A program made the position numbers and the translations under genes. Below the pieces are notes generated by a model that was not told where the DNA came from, ran no database searches, and was given only the letters and a program-made list of their open reading frames with translations. Positions 16,961 through 29,311 of a DNA stretch of 64,000 nucleotides are shown piece by piece. Within the stretch, counting starts at the first letter, position 1, and each line of letters begins with the position of its first letter. Source of the stretch: Prorocentrum cordatum (Eukaryota); NCBI GenBank assembly GCA_963575745.1, contig CAUYUJ010000126.1:124001-188000 (forward strand). Reading direction: 5' to 3'.

Positions 16961-17540
16961 CGCTATACCGCCTCGCGCGCGCTGCCAACAGGGGTCCACT
17001 GTGGAGTGCGCACGGCGGGGGCGTTCATGTAGGAATGTGCCCGGGAGGCTTCAGACCCTGGAGGGCCCCTTATCTTCGGGGGCGGAAAAGAGGGGGGTGA
17101 TGACTAGGGGGGGGTGGATATCATGGCGTGGGCCATGATATTTCCCCAGATCTCATGGCGCCTCTTCTTGTTTCATTACGTCCCTGGCCCGCCCGCTGGG
17201 CCGCGCACATGCCGCTGGGCATGATTTGCACACACCCCTCTTCGACACCCCCCTCTTTGCCGCTCCCGATATCTGATGAGGGCGGCAGTGCTTTCCATGG
17301 CTGATCCACGACTGGAGTTCCGCCGGCTTCCCTCAGGAGAGGACAGCCACCCCGATCCCGATAAATTGGCTTTTGCTAGACGGCCCTGGGCGTTTGCTAA
17401 ACAGCCCTGCCCTGCTCGATTCCTTCTGGGTGCGGTTACTGAGCGCCTTTGCTTGTCGGGGCGGTTCTTCTGAAGGTGATTTGTGGCTCCTATTCCAGCC
17501 CCTGGATTCCTTACCCAATGCCGGCCACGCACAATTTGGT

Positions 17541-17648
17541 AGGGGTGGGAGGGATGGTTTCTTAGAAGGAGGCTGCTTCTTAGAAGGCGCCCGCCTCGCC
17601 TTCTGAGAACCAGCCTCCTTCTAAGAAGCCTTCCCTCTCCCCATACCC
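17541..17648. repeat. Near-perfect ~48-bp-arm palindrome built from a CCTTCTRAGAAG repeat that also occurs at ~15391-15455 and ~17804-17868
   Basis: TTCTTAGAAGGAGGCTGCTTCTTAGAAGGCG, then a ~7-nt loop, then CGCCTTCTGAGAACCAGCCTCCTTCTAAGAA. Confidence 0.85.
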
Positions 17649-18089
17649 GCTAGTGCGCGCCGCCAACAGTGGCTCCGTGCCCAGTGCCCTCACAGCAGCC
17701 TTTCCTCGCGTTCCTGGCCCTTCCTCCTCCTCCTCCTCCCCCTTGTCCCTCTCCTCCTCCTCCTCCTCCTCCTCCTCCTCCTCCTCCTCCTCCTCCTCCT
17801 TCTCCTTCTGAGAAGCAGCCTCCTTCTAAGAAGCCTTCTCCCCTCCACCTGCCCCCTTATGCGCGCCGCCAGCAAGGGTTTCGTGCCCATTACCCTCACC
17901 ACTAGCCTCTCCTCGCGTCCCCGGCCGCCGCCCTGCAGCAGAGCCCCCCTCGCCTGGCCAACTGCGAGGCGGCGGCCCAGCCCCCGGCGCGGGCGCGGGG
18001 GCGGCGGCCCCCGACGAGGCCTCCGCCCGCGCGCCGAGGGGGGGGGGGGGGCAGATCGAGGGGACCGCCAGCGAGGCCTCTCCTCTCCG

Positions 18090-18575
18090 CGTCCTCCTCC
18101 TCCTCCTCCTCCTCCTCCTCCTCATCCTGCTCCTACCCCTGCTCTTCCTCCTTCACCTCCTGCTCCTCCTCCTCCTCCTGCTCCTCCTCCTCCTCCTCGT
18201 CCTCCTCCTTCTCCTGCTGCTCCTCCTCCTCCTCCTACTCCTCCTCCTCCTCCTCCTCGTCCTCCTCCTCCTCCGGCTCCTGCTCCTCCTCCTGATCCTC
18301 CTCCTTCTTCTCGTCTTTCTCCTTCTCGTACTCCTCCTCCTTCCTCCTCCTCCACCTCCTCCTCCTCCTCTTTCTCGCCCCTGTCCTTCTCGTGCTCCTC
18401 CTCCTCCTCCTTCTCCTCTGCTTCCTCCTCCTCCTTCTTCTCGTCCTTGTCCTTTTCGTGCTCCTCCTCCTCCTCATCATCTTCCTCCTGCTCCTGCTCC
18501 TCCTCCTGATCCTCCTCCTCCTTCTCGTGCTCCTCCTCCTCCTCCTCCTCCTCCTCCTCCTCCTCCTCGTCCTCC
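18090..18575. repeat. Degenerate (CCT)n microsatellite
   Basis: Directly visible. Confidence 0.9.
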
Positions 18576-21500
18576 ACTGCCTCTCCTGCCCCGCTCTGCT
18601 TCGACTTCCTCGGTCTCCTGAGGCCCCACAGCTCCAATCCACACCCGCAGCCTGGGGGCTCGGCCCTGCTGCCGCTTATGTACCTGATCCCTCCGACGTG
18701 CTCTCGCTGCGGCGAGCCACGCAGCGCGCAGTGCCGGCCTTTCACGCCCGAAACAAGCAAAGAAGCTGGCTGAGGGTCCCTCGCCAGCCGTCTTGGCAGC
18801 GTCGCTCGGTGAGCCGCGCGCGCCGTGCTCTTCCGCTATAGTCTGCCGCGCGTCGGGAGGCTCGCGCCCTTTGCTACCGTCGCTCTTCCTCCTCTTCCTC
18901 CTCATCCTCCTAGACCTCTTGCGAGGGTGGCACTTCGCCTCCCTCTCAAGCAGCGGCAGAGAGCCTTCCTGGACATCACCAAGTTGAGGCGCCTCGTCAT
19001 CGAGGCCCGCTCCGAGGACCTCTTAATGTTTGTTCTTCCCTTGCCGCTGCCGCCGCCTGACCCAGACCTCCTGGTGAACGCTGTGCCTCCTCCTCCTCCC
19101 CACTGATTTTGGGGACGTGTGCCTGGCCGGCCACTCTCGAGGTCTGACGCCGCGGAGAGCGACGGAGCGGCACGAGTCCTAGTCCGTGCGCGTCTCGCTG
19201 GGTGATGTTGCAGCCCCGTAAGGGGAAGCGGATTCAATATTGTATCGCAGCAGGAGCCTAAGCAAGCACCCGTATCAAAACTGAGACATCTTGAAAGTTT
19301 GGGTATGGGCGCTTCCTTAGAATGCCCTGGTACCAGCTTTGACGGCTCGCGTGGTCATCCGTTCTGTCCGCTTCGTCCCCTCAGCTTTCCTCTTTCTTCT
19401 CGCAAAATTCGCTTGCACAGAAACATGCATCGCAGCAGGAACAGAAGCTGGTGGGTTCTTGCGGCGGAGCAAAAAAGATCGAGGAGGGGGGGGGAACGGT
19501 ATTGTTAGCGACAGGCAGGTCGAGGCGGGGTAGATCGAGGGACGGGGGGGTGGGCAGATCGAGCAGGGCGGCGTCAGGTTGTCTGGGTTTTCGCGCGTTG
19601 CCGTTGGTCCTTGGATGTTTTTTCCAGCCTCGGGGTGCCCTCCAGCAGCTGCGCCTCTCTGAGGGCGTTCTGGAGGTGCCCGGATCGTACCGAATGTCCG
19701 CGAGAGAGCCGAGTTATGACCCATCGCCCCACATTTGCCCCTCAGGAGAGGGGGAATGTCCGAGGCATCCGCCCCTGGGGAGCCGGTGTCCCCAGCCAGG
19801 CCCCCTCGCGCCGAGAAGAGCTCGCGACGGGTCCTCGAATTTGGTATTGCTGTCTTCGGCCCCCGGGGGCCCTCGCGGGGCCCCGGGGCCAGCTCGCCAT
19901 GAGAAGCCAGTCCCGGGGAATGGGTCGAGACCTCTGGGGGTCCACGTTGTGGAAACAAGCGCGACGTTGGGTGTCTGCAGGATCGATCACAGGAGGCACC
20001 AGTGCCAGGGCCCCAGAAGCCAGGAGGCTGCAAACCAAGGCCCTGCCAGATGCAGCGCTTGGGGACCCGGAGACTAGAGAACGTCTCGGCCTGCCGCTGC
20101 AGTTTCTTTTGGTGCGCTCGTGTCCAAGGCCGTGGCTCTGTCGGAGGCCGATCATTACCACCCCTCCCTGCCAAATGGATCCGCGAAGTGCGTTTTCTAG
20201 GAGTTCCGAGAGGATGTTGCGGCCGCTTTTTTGTCTGTGGCCTTAAATCGGGCACGTCGATGTACAGGAGGAATGCTCAACAATAGGTCAAAGATAGTCT
20301 GGCGACGATGTCCCTATTATTTTCGAGTATTTTTGAATTTACCTTGATATTTATTTTTTCTTTCAAAATCCGCCTGTAATTTTATTTTTAATATTTAATT
20401 TGATATTTAATGTTTGATATTATCCTTTATCTTTTCCTTTTTGATATTTAATTTTTCTTTACCTTTTAATTTGATTTTTAATGTTTTACCTTTGATCCGC
20501 CCGACCGAACTCTGGCCTGCGCCCGCCCGGGGGTCTGGCTCCGGGCAATTTGTTCGCCGTAGAGGGTGTCTTCTGAGGGGTGAGGGTCTCCTTGCCCGTA
20601 ATTCGGCGGCCGAAGGTGTCGTTCGCTGCATACGATCCTGTTGTTCGTGCCCACCATCCTCCCAGCCCCTTCCCCTCCCCCCACACACGTAGGCGGCCGA
20701 AGATATCGTTCGCTGCATCCGATGCTGGTGCTCGTCGTGCCCTTCATCCTCCCAGCCCCTTCCTCCCCCCCACAGGCGACGATCCCCTGTGCCCACCCCC
20801 GAGGATGGATACCCTGGGCCCTCCCCCAGGGGCCCGAGGATGCCTTGTCTCTCTGCGCTGCTGCCTGGGGCCCTGGGACATCGTGCCAGCAGGAGGCTGA
20901 CATGCGTCAGTCTAGGGTGAAATCGGGCATGTCCCTCTACAGGAGGAACACTCAAGACTAGGAAACATAGACTGGGGATGTCGACTTTTTTGGGATTTGT
21001 TTGATTATTTTCAATTTTTCGTCCCAAATCCGCCTGCAGGGGGACTTGCCCGACCTAAGTTTAGGGGGACCTCCGGCCCCCTCGGGGGGCCTTCTCTCCC
21101 GAGGTCGTCTGGGGACCTCTGGGCCACCTCTTTTGTCGTCCAGGCCCTCGTGGGGAAGCTGTCCCCGTCGCCGTGGCCGGACGTGGCTCGACTATATCTG
21201 CCCTGGGCGCTGCGCAAAAGTAGTATGCGGGCGCTGTCCAGGAGGAGGCCGACTTCTGATGTCGTTGTCGTCGTCCTCCTCCCTCCTCCCTCCTCCTCCC
21301 TCGCCCATCCTTAGTTCTCCTCCTCATCCTCCACCTCCTCCACCTCCTCCTTCTCCTCCCTGCTTTTCCCTTATCCTTCTGCTCCTCCTCCTCCTGCCGC
21401 TTACATCGTAAGCTGCTCGCTGATCGTGCCGCGGTTCCCCGAGGCGCCCCCCCAAACACCGCTGTGCTCTGGCCGCGCAGTTGGCGTCCCGAGAGCAGGC

Positions 21501-21577
21501 TAGCGTCGCCGTCGCTGTCAACCGTCTTCCGCGGATGCTGCTCCGCTTCCCATCGGGGGACGTCAATTATACAATCT

Positions 21578-21699
21578 CACCGATTCTGGCCAGGCCCATC
21601 CTGGGCCCGAGGTCGTTGTATTTGCCCTCCTGGCCAAGCCAGGGCGGCGTCTACACCGATCCCAGGCCAAGGATATGGGTCTGGCCAGAATCGGTGTAG
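21578..21699. mobile_element. Small MITE-like inverted-repeat element (CACCGATTCTGGCCAG ... CTGGCCAGAATCGGTG)
   Basis: Perfect 16-bp inverted repeats ~120 bp apart, plus an internal CTACACCGAT/ATCGGTGTAG pair. Mobility is inferred. Confidence 0.45.
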
Positions 21700-23174
21700 G
21701 CGCACAGTTGGCGTTCTCCGATCTTCCGCCGCCTGAGCCTGGCCTCTGGGGCCTGCCACTGGGCCCAGGGATCATCAACATCGGATATGGGACGAGCATC
21801 TACCTGGGGTCGGGGCCTCTGGGGACGCGCGCTGAAAGAGTCACATCGTCGGATGTCCGGGACCCTACCACTGCGGGTCCAGTCGACGCTGGGGTATCGG
21901 ACACCGCCGCTGGGGTTCAGTTTGGCCCCACACGCTTTGGCGAGCGTGTCGCGCTAGATCGCGCCAGACCTGCGTTTTTTCAGCATGCGTGTAGACTGGC
22001 AGCACTTGCTTTCCACGCACTGGGCCCCGTCAACGCCCGTGGGTGCCCCGAGGCCGCGGCCCGGCAGCTGCCCTGGATCCCGCTGATGGGGCCTGCCGCG
22101 CCAGCACACTCAGGTGAGAACTCTTTCAACCCCGAGTGGCCTTTTCTTCTCCCCCCTCCGCGGCCGCCTCGCCTGCCCTCTTCCCGCTCTTGCACGCTGG
22201 CCAATTCGCTTCTCGGTGCCCCCGTTTAGCTCTATCGCTGGTGCAGCCGGCTCTGCCTCGCCGCCGACGGAAAAAGTGTTGAGCTCCATGCCAACACGCC
22301 TGCGTATCGGGGCATCCAGGCACGTGCGATTGCTCGACACTCCAAGCGCACGCCCCCCCCCCACCCCACGGATGGCAGGCTCGAGAGTTGAACGGTGGCG
22401 CCCCGCCTTCGCGCCGACCTGGTCGTGCTTCGAGGAGGAGGCGGAAGAGGAGAAGAGAGGACGAGGGAGGGAGGAGGGACGAGGGAGGAGGGAGGAGGGA
22501 GAAGGGACGAGAGGAGAGAGGAGGGAGGAGGGAGTAGGGAGGAGGGAGGAGGGAGGAGGAGGGAGGAGGAGGAGGGAGGAGGAGGGGGGGGAGGAGGGAG
22601 GAGGGAGGAGGAGGGAGGAGGGAGGAGGAGGAGGGAGGTGGTCGGAGGTCGGTCGGACTCGGCATTGCAGCAGTCTGCGCGCCGTTCTGCTGATGGGCTC
22701 ACACCCCGTGAGCCAGGGGCAACATAACTCTTATTCCGCACGCCATCCCCTCAAAACGAGGAGGGGCACCCAGCCCTGAGCCTGAGCTTGCCATGGGGCA
22801 CCAGGCCCGCCCGGCACAGACCAGGAGCAGGGGCGGCGGCGGAAAGGCGCAAGCCTCAGAAGCGAAGCAAAAATACAAACAAATACGAGGGGGACGGTGA
22901 AAGCAGCAGGAGGAGGGAGGAGAAGGAACAGCGACCGCAGCAGCAGCAACAGCGACGCCACCGCGCCGAGCGGCGGCGCGCCCCCGTCAGGGGAACGATG
23001 ATAAAGATGTACGTCGGGCTCATGCGGTGGAGCCTCTAACCGCACGGTGGAGCCTCTAGCGAAAGCAGCAGCGCCGTCGTCGGAGTCGGAAGCAGATACT
23101 CGAGCTCGTGCAACTGGTGCTAGTAGCGCACCAATCAAAACGCGCGGCCAAAATCTTGCCTCCAAACGATTCTA

Positions 23175-24045
23175 TTGGCTTACGCCACATCCGCCGACCC
23201 CTATATAAACTACTGCGTCTCCAGGACTGCATTTCACGTGGCTTGTCCGAATCATGACACGGCGCTCGACATCGTTCCTGTTGCTTCGTTGCTGTTATTG
23301 TATCTCTTGGTGCTCTTTTGCGGCCTTTTGGTGGCATCTTGGCCTGTCTGCAGGCCATTTCCGGCTGCCTCGAGGCATCCTGGACCAAGTTTTGGGGCCT
23401 CTTGGGGGCTTCCTGGGGGCTTCTTAGAGGCATTTGAGGTTCTCTTGGGGGTCCCTCAGGGCCTCTCGGGTTGTTCTTGGGGCAGGCTGGGGGCGTCTTC
23501 GGGCCGCAGGCTCAGGTGCCCTGTGGGCTTCGTTTTGGAGCCGTCTGGGGGCCCTCTTCGGTTGTCTCAGGGGCTACGGGGGCTGTTGTTGGACCCTCTT
23601 CGACCTTTCTTGGTGGCCCCTTGACCGTCTGGGGGCGATATTGAAGGTTTCTCTGCCCGTTTGGGACGTTGTGAAAACCGAATAGGCGAGCATGCGAAAA
23701 ATGTGTGCTTCTCTCAGGGAATGGGGCCATTTTCTGTTTCCTGGGACTCTCCTGGGGCGCATCTTGGAGCCTTTGGGGGCGTCTTGGCAGCTTTGGAGGC
23801 TGCCTGGAGGCCATCGTGGGCGTCCAGGGCGATATTTCTGCGAATCGTGGCTCCCTGGGACCATCAGGGGAGCGTTTTGGTGCCTCCTTGGCCAGTTTTG
23901 GAGATCTCCGCTCCCCCGTGACGCGTTCGGTCCGGGTTGGGCTGGGCGAGGACGGGAGCGTCCAATTGCCGGTTTGGGGTCCTTGGGGGGGATTATGGGG
24001 GGGGATAATCTCACACGCCTAGAGACCCACAAGTGGTCGGCGGAT
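23175..24045 (+). mobile_element. Non-autonomous Helentron/HINE-like element, family 2
   Basis: 5' end: TT, hairpin GGC-TTAC-GCC, then ATCCGCCGACC (23189-23199). 3' end: hairpin followed by the exact reverse complement GGTCGGCGGAT (24035-24045), next base T. The interior is GGGGCCTCTT-type low-complexity sequence. Confidence 0.65.
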
Positions 24046-24046
24046 T

Positions 24047-24121
<75 letters not shown>

Positions 24122-24282
24122 CTGCTGCTGATGATATGTAATGTTGATGGCGATGCTGATGTTGCTATTGCGGAGTACGATGATGGCCATGCTGATGATA
24201 AGGTTGCTGATGATGCTCATGATGAGGCTGATGACACTGATGATGATGATGATGATGATGATGCTGATGCTGATGCTGATGC

Positions 24283-24313
<31 letters not shown>

Positions 24314-24841
24314 AATGTTGCTGATGATGATGATGCTGCTTATGCTGGTAATTGTGCTGATGGCGACTGTGCTGATGCTTATGGCCAGGAGGTTGATGCT
24401 GTTGTGAGTGATGATTAGCATCCTGTTGACCATGAGGATGTTGATGATACTGATGACGATGATGGTGATGATGCTCATGGTGATGGCGGTGATGATGATA
24501 ATGGTAATGATGATGCTGATGCTGATGATGTTGATGATGATAATGCTGATGCTGATTCGGATGATGATGCTGATGATGATGCTGACGATGATTCTGACGA
24601 TGATGATGGTGTCGATGCTGATGATGCTGATGCTCTTGGCGGTGCTGCTGATGATGCTGACGATGATGCTGATGATGCCGAGGCTACTGGCGACGATGCT
24701 GATGATGATGATGCTGATGATCATGATGATGATGATGTTGATGCTGATGGTGATACTCCTCATCATGCTGATGCTGACGCTGACGCTGCGGCTGCTGATG
24801 ATGATGATGATGATGCTGATGCTGATGCTGATGCTGGCGCT

Positions 24842-24872
<31 letters not shown>
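24046..24872. repeat. (GAT)n and degenerate (GAT/GCT)n microsatellite
   Basis: Directly visible. Confidence 0.95.
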
Positions 24873-26030
24873 CCGCGTGCGAGATACTCGTGGCCGTTCC
24901 GTCTGAGACATCTCGGCAATTCCAGGCTCATAGATGTCGCGCACACGGTTGTCCAGCCAGTTTCGTCTGAGACGTCCTCACCACTCTAGGCTCATAGATG
25001 CTGCGTGCGAAATGCTCCACGCAATCGTCTGAGACATCTTGGCAACTTCAGGCTCATAGCTGCCGCGCATGAGATCTTCCAGCCAGTTTCGTCTGAGGCA
25101 TCCTCACGATTCTAGGCTCAGATGCCGCGTGCGAGATGCTCCAGGTCGTCTCGTCTGAGACATCTTGGCAATTCCAGGTTCGTAGATGTCGGGCGCAAGG
25201 TTGTCCAGCCAGTTTCGTCTGAGACATCCGCACAACTCTAGGCTCAGAGATGCCGCGTGCGAGATGCCCCGGGCCGTTTCGTCTGAGACATCTAGGCGAA
25301 GATGTCGCGCACAAGGTTGTCCAGCCAGTTTCGTCTGAGGCATCCTCACGACTGGGCTCAGAGGTGCCGCGTGCTGGATTCTCCAGGCCGTTTCGTCTGA
25401 GACATCTAGGCAACTCCAGGCTCATAGATGTCGCGCACAAAGGTTGTTCAGCCAGTTTCGCTTGAGACATCCTCACAACTCTACGTAGGCTCACGGCGTC
25501 GGCGGCGGCGGCGGCGGCGGTGACGGTGGCGGCGGCGGCGCTTGCTTCGGCGGCGGCATGCGCATTGGGCTCAAAGATGCCATGCGCCAGGTAGTCGGAC
25601 CCATTTCGCCTGAGACATCCTCGCAATTCTGGGCTCAGATCTGCCGTGAGCTGAGGTGGTGGAGCCAGTCTGGCCAGAGTCTGAAACGTTCTCGCAACTC
25701 TGGGCTCAGATACGCCCTGAACTGAGGTGATCCAGTCAGTCTCGCCTGACACATTATCGCAACTCTGGGCTCAGAGATGCCGCTCACGAGGCGGCTAGTT
25801 TCGCCTGAGGCATCCTTTCAACTCTGGGCTCAGACAAGTCCACTCCTGAACTTGTCCAGCCAGTTTCGCTTCAGACATCTTCGCACTGGGCTCAGAGATG
25901 CTGCCGACGAGGTGGTGTGGACAGTTTCGCCTGAGACACCCTCGAAATTGTGGCTGCGGAGTTGCCGCGCACGAGGGTGTCCAGCCAGTCTCGCTTGAGA
26001 CATTCTCGCAGCTCTGGGATCAAGTGCCGT
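24872..26030 (+). repeat. ~62-bp minisatellite carrying the TTTCGYCTGAGACATC box
   Basis: GTCTGAGRCATC-type boxes recur at ~24901, 24965, 25027, 25091, 25154, 25217, 25281, 25333 and 25395 and continue to ~26000. Confidence 0.88.
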
Positions 26031-27264
26031 GACCCAAAGATGAGCAGACACAGAATTCGTGCGGAGTGGAGGAAAAGTAGCGAATGATGATGTCGCTGGA
26101 TCGTCGGCCATGGTGCTGTCGCCAGAGCGGTTGGCCACAGCCTTGATTGGGACGTTTGCTATCGCACGAGCGTTGGATTGTGCTTTGCCCTGGGCGCCAG
26201 TTGCATCCCTGATTTTGAATAATGCTCTCGCCAGTGCGCTGGCCACATGCCTGATAGGGAACGGTGCTCTCGCTCGAGCGCTGGCTACATCTACATGCTA
26301 GGGCACGCGTGGTCTCCATCTTGGAGGGGTTGTGCCGGTTGTTCGGGGGCTTCTCCGTAGTTTTTTGTTATACGTTTTCCATACAACATCGTAGAACTCG
26401 CATGCGTTTTCATATGCGTCCCATTCCACACGATGAGCGGTTGTAGAACTCGAATTTGGGCCAACATTCCCGAACCAGTCATTGGGAGAAGGTTCTTCGG
26501 GGGCCTGTAATGAAGTTGCCAGGCCACGTGCACGATGGTAGTAATAAGGGCCTCATCTGCCCAGACGGGGTCACGTGAGAGAAGTCTATCATCCTCCTAA
26601 TCGTTCCCCTTTTCTTCCTGTCCTTCCATGGCCAGTCGTTGCATCGTGGAGTAAGGGTCCCATCAGGTGGGAATTTGTCAGGCAGAGGGACCTTCCTTTC
26701 TCGAAGGTCTTGTTTGACGCTTCGCACAGTCTCGCCAGCCATCCACAAAACAATGCCTGGGCGACGTGATGGCTGCTGGGAAGTAGAGAAACATATAGTG
26801 AACCCGAAGACCCCACAAAGGGTGAATTTAGAGGATGGAACGGTGGAGAGCCTTCACCGCCATCCTGGATCTCTCATGTTGTGACGAGTTCGGAGCGACC
26901 AGTGTGTCTCGGGCAGCCAGGAGGGGCTCACAATAAGGCAGCACAGTAGGCAGGACAAATCGTACACATGCATGGGATACCCAATCATTATTCATGGGCC
27001 GTGTAGTTGAAGGGGACCGCCCATCTCTTCTCGTGTCTCATTGTTCTCATCGTCCTCTCATGTCGGTTTGTCTGCTCTCTGTTTATATGTGTCTCTTTCT
27101 ATATTTCTCTTCCGTAACCTTTTCGGCTCCATATCCTCATTCATGAACAGCCATGGGCGTTCATAGTCTCACTATATGCTGAATTTGTGTCACTGTTATT
27201 TGCATTTGTTCGGCGCTTCGGCCCCACCCTGCAGCACCCTCGCGGTGCATGAAGCAGGCCGAGT

Positions 27265-27905
27265 CCGAATCGTGGTCCCTCTCCCGGCTCTCTCGTAGGC
27301 TCGTTTTCAGGCGGCCTTGGCCCGTGTAGGGTGCGTCTGGGGCTGTCTGGAGGTCCTCTGGGACAATGTGGGGGCCCTCTTGAAGGCCTTGTCGGCCGTC
27401 CTGGGGCGACCTCGGTGGCGTCATAGGGCGTTTTGGAGCGTCGGACAGGCCGGAAAACGAGTTTGCTGAAAATGTACGTTTTACGAAGGGGATAGGGCGA
27501 TTTTTGCGTCTGGGGACCCTGCTGGGGCACATGTTCGGGGCACTTTGGGGGTCTTAGGGGGTTCTAGGGGAACCTCCTGGGAGCTCCTGAGGGCCATTTG
27601 GTTGCCTTTTGGATCGTGGTCCTCCTCTTGACCCTGTCGTGGGCTCGTTTTCAGGCGGCCTTGGGCCGTGTCGGGTGCGTTTGGGGCCGTCTGGAGGGCC
27701 TCTGGGACAAGGTGGGGGCCCTCTTGAAAGCCTTTTGGGCCGTCCTGGGGCGACCTCTGGGGCGTCATAGGGCATCTTGGAGCGTCGGACAGGCGGGAAA
27801 GCGAGTTTGCTTAAATGGTACGTCTTACGAAGGGAATGGGGCCATTTCTGCGTCTTGGGACCCTGCTGGGGAACATCTTCAGGGCACCTTGGGGGTCTTG
27901 GAGGC
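27265..27905 (+). repeat. Direct duplication, period 344 bp
   Basis: GCTCGTTTTCAGGCGGCCTTGG and TTGGAGCGTCGGACAGGC each occur twice 344 bp apart. Confidence 0.85.
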
Positions 27906-28077
27906 TACGGAGAGCGTCTGGGGACCATCGCCGGCATCTGGGGTCGATATTCGAACGATTCGCGGCCCTCTTGGACCGCGTGGGGGGGCGTCGTGGTGCC
28001 CTCTTGGAGCATTTTGGAGCGTTCCCCCCCCTTGGCGCGCATTGTCCGGGACCTCGCGCGGCCGGGGGGGGGTCAAA

Positions 28078-29310
28078 TTCTAGACGCTTCGCGTATCCCC
28101 ACCAGACTCGCCTGAGCCGCGTTGCGCGCGCTCGGGAATTTAGCCACGGCCGCGGCCCGACCGTGACTGCCCGCCGCTGGCGTTTCCGCCTGCGGCTGTT
28201 AAAAAAATCCCCACCAGCCCATCCAGAAACGATGTCCAGGCGAGTTGAGGTGATCAAGGAAGTGCGGCAGCGGCCGAACCGTGCAAAGGAGTGAGCAGGA
28301 GAAGGAGGAGGTGGATGGATGGATGGATGGATGGATGGATGGATGAAGGAGTGGGAAGAAGGAGGATGAATAGGATGAGGACGAGGCGGAGGAGGAGGAG
28401 GATGAGGAGGAGGAGGAGGAAGAGAAGGAGTAGGAGCAGGAAGGAGGAACAGGAGGAGGAGGAGGGCAAGCACAAGGGCCAGAGGTCTCTTGGATGCCTC
28501 TCGGAGCCTCTTAGGGGTATCTCTTGGGCGATTCTTGGTGGCCTCTTGGGACGTTCTGGGGGTCTCTTGGCGATCCTGGGGAGCTCTTCGGGGTCTTGGG
28601 TGCCTCGGGGGGGGCCTCTTCGGGCCGCTTAGGGTCTTCTTCCAGGCGGCTTCTTGGGTTCTCTTCGGCGCCTCTTGGGGCCTCCCGGGGGCCTCTTGGG
28701 GCGGAAGGCTCGAATTGGCGGTTTCTGTTCCTCCTCTTGGGCTGTTTTCGGGGACGGCTTGGGGCTCTCTTGGGCCGTCTTGGGCGCCTTTTGAGCCGAT
28801 CTTGGAGGCCTCTTGGACCGTGTTGGGGCCCTGCTGGCGGCCTCTTGGGTCGTTTTGGGCCGATATTTCGGGCCTCGTGGTCTGTCTTGGAGCGTTAGAA
28901 GCATGGAAAGGCGAGAATCACAAAAAAATACACACCATGGAAATCAATGATTCCGACCTCTTGGAGTCCTCCTGAGGTGCCTCGTGGAGCTTCTGGGGCT
29001 TCTTAGAAGTTTTTTCGGCCGTCTGGGGGCCATCTTGACAGTCTTGGAGCGCTCTTGGACCGTCTTGGCGGCCTCTTGAACCCTCTTGGGCGCTTCTTGA
29101 GGCCCTCCTGGCCCGGCAAAGGGGCCTTCTGCTCTCTGGAAAATCCACCCGACCGAGCCCGAGAGCGTTCAGGAGCGCGCGGGAGCCCCCAAGAAATTTG
29201 AGATTCTGGGGCCTCAGCCCCTAGAGTATTAGAATACAGCACTCATGGTAGAGAACCCTTAAGGATCTGGAGAAAACGCCTGTTCGTGCCTCGTGGCACG
29301 GTGGCGGATA
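28078..29310 (+). mobile_element. Probable family-2 Helentron-like element or composite of such elements
   Basis: It starts with ACGCTTCGCGTATCCCCACCAG, the same 5' end as 50203. It ends with hairpin GTGCC-TCGT-GGCAC plus GGTGGCGGAT before a T run. The two ends match only partially. Confidence 0.4.
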
Positions 29311-29311
29311 T

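Noticed and set aside
17190..17310. Minus-strand ISHGKHC...CKSCPAAC resembling an endonuclease III Fe-S motif
   Set aside because: The cysteine spacing does not fit C-x6-C-x2-C-x5-C and there is no supporting upstream domain.
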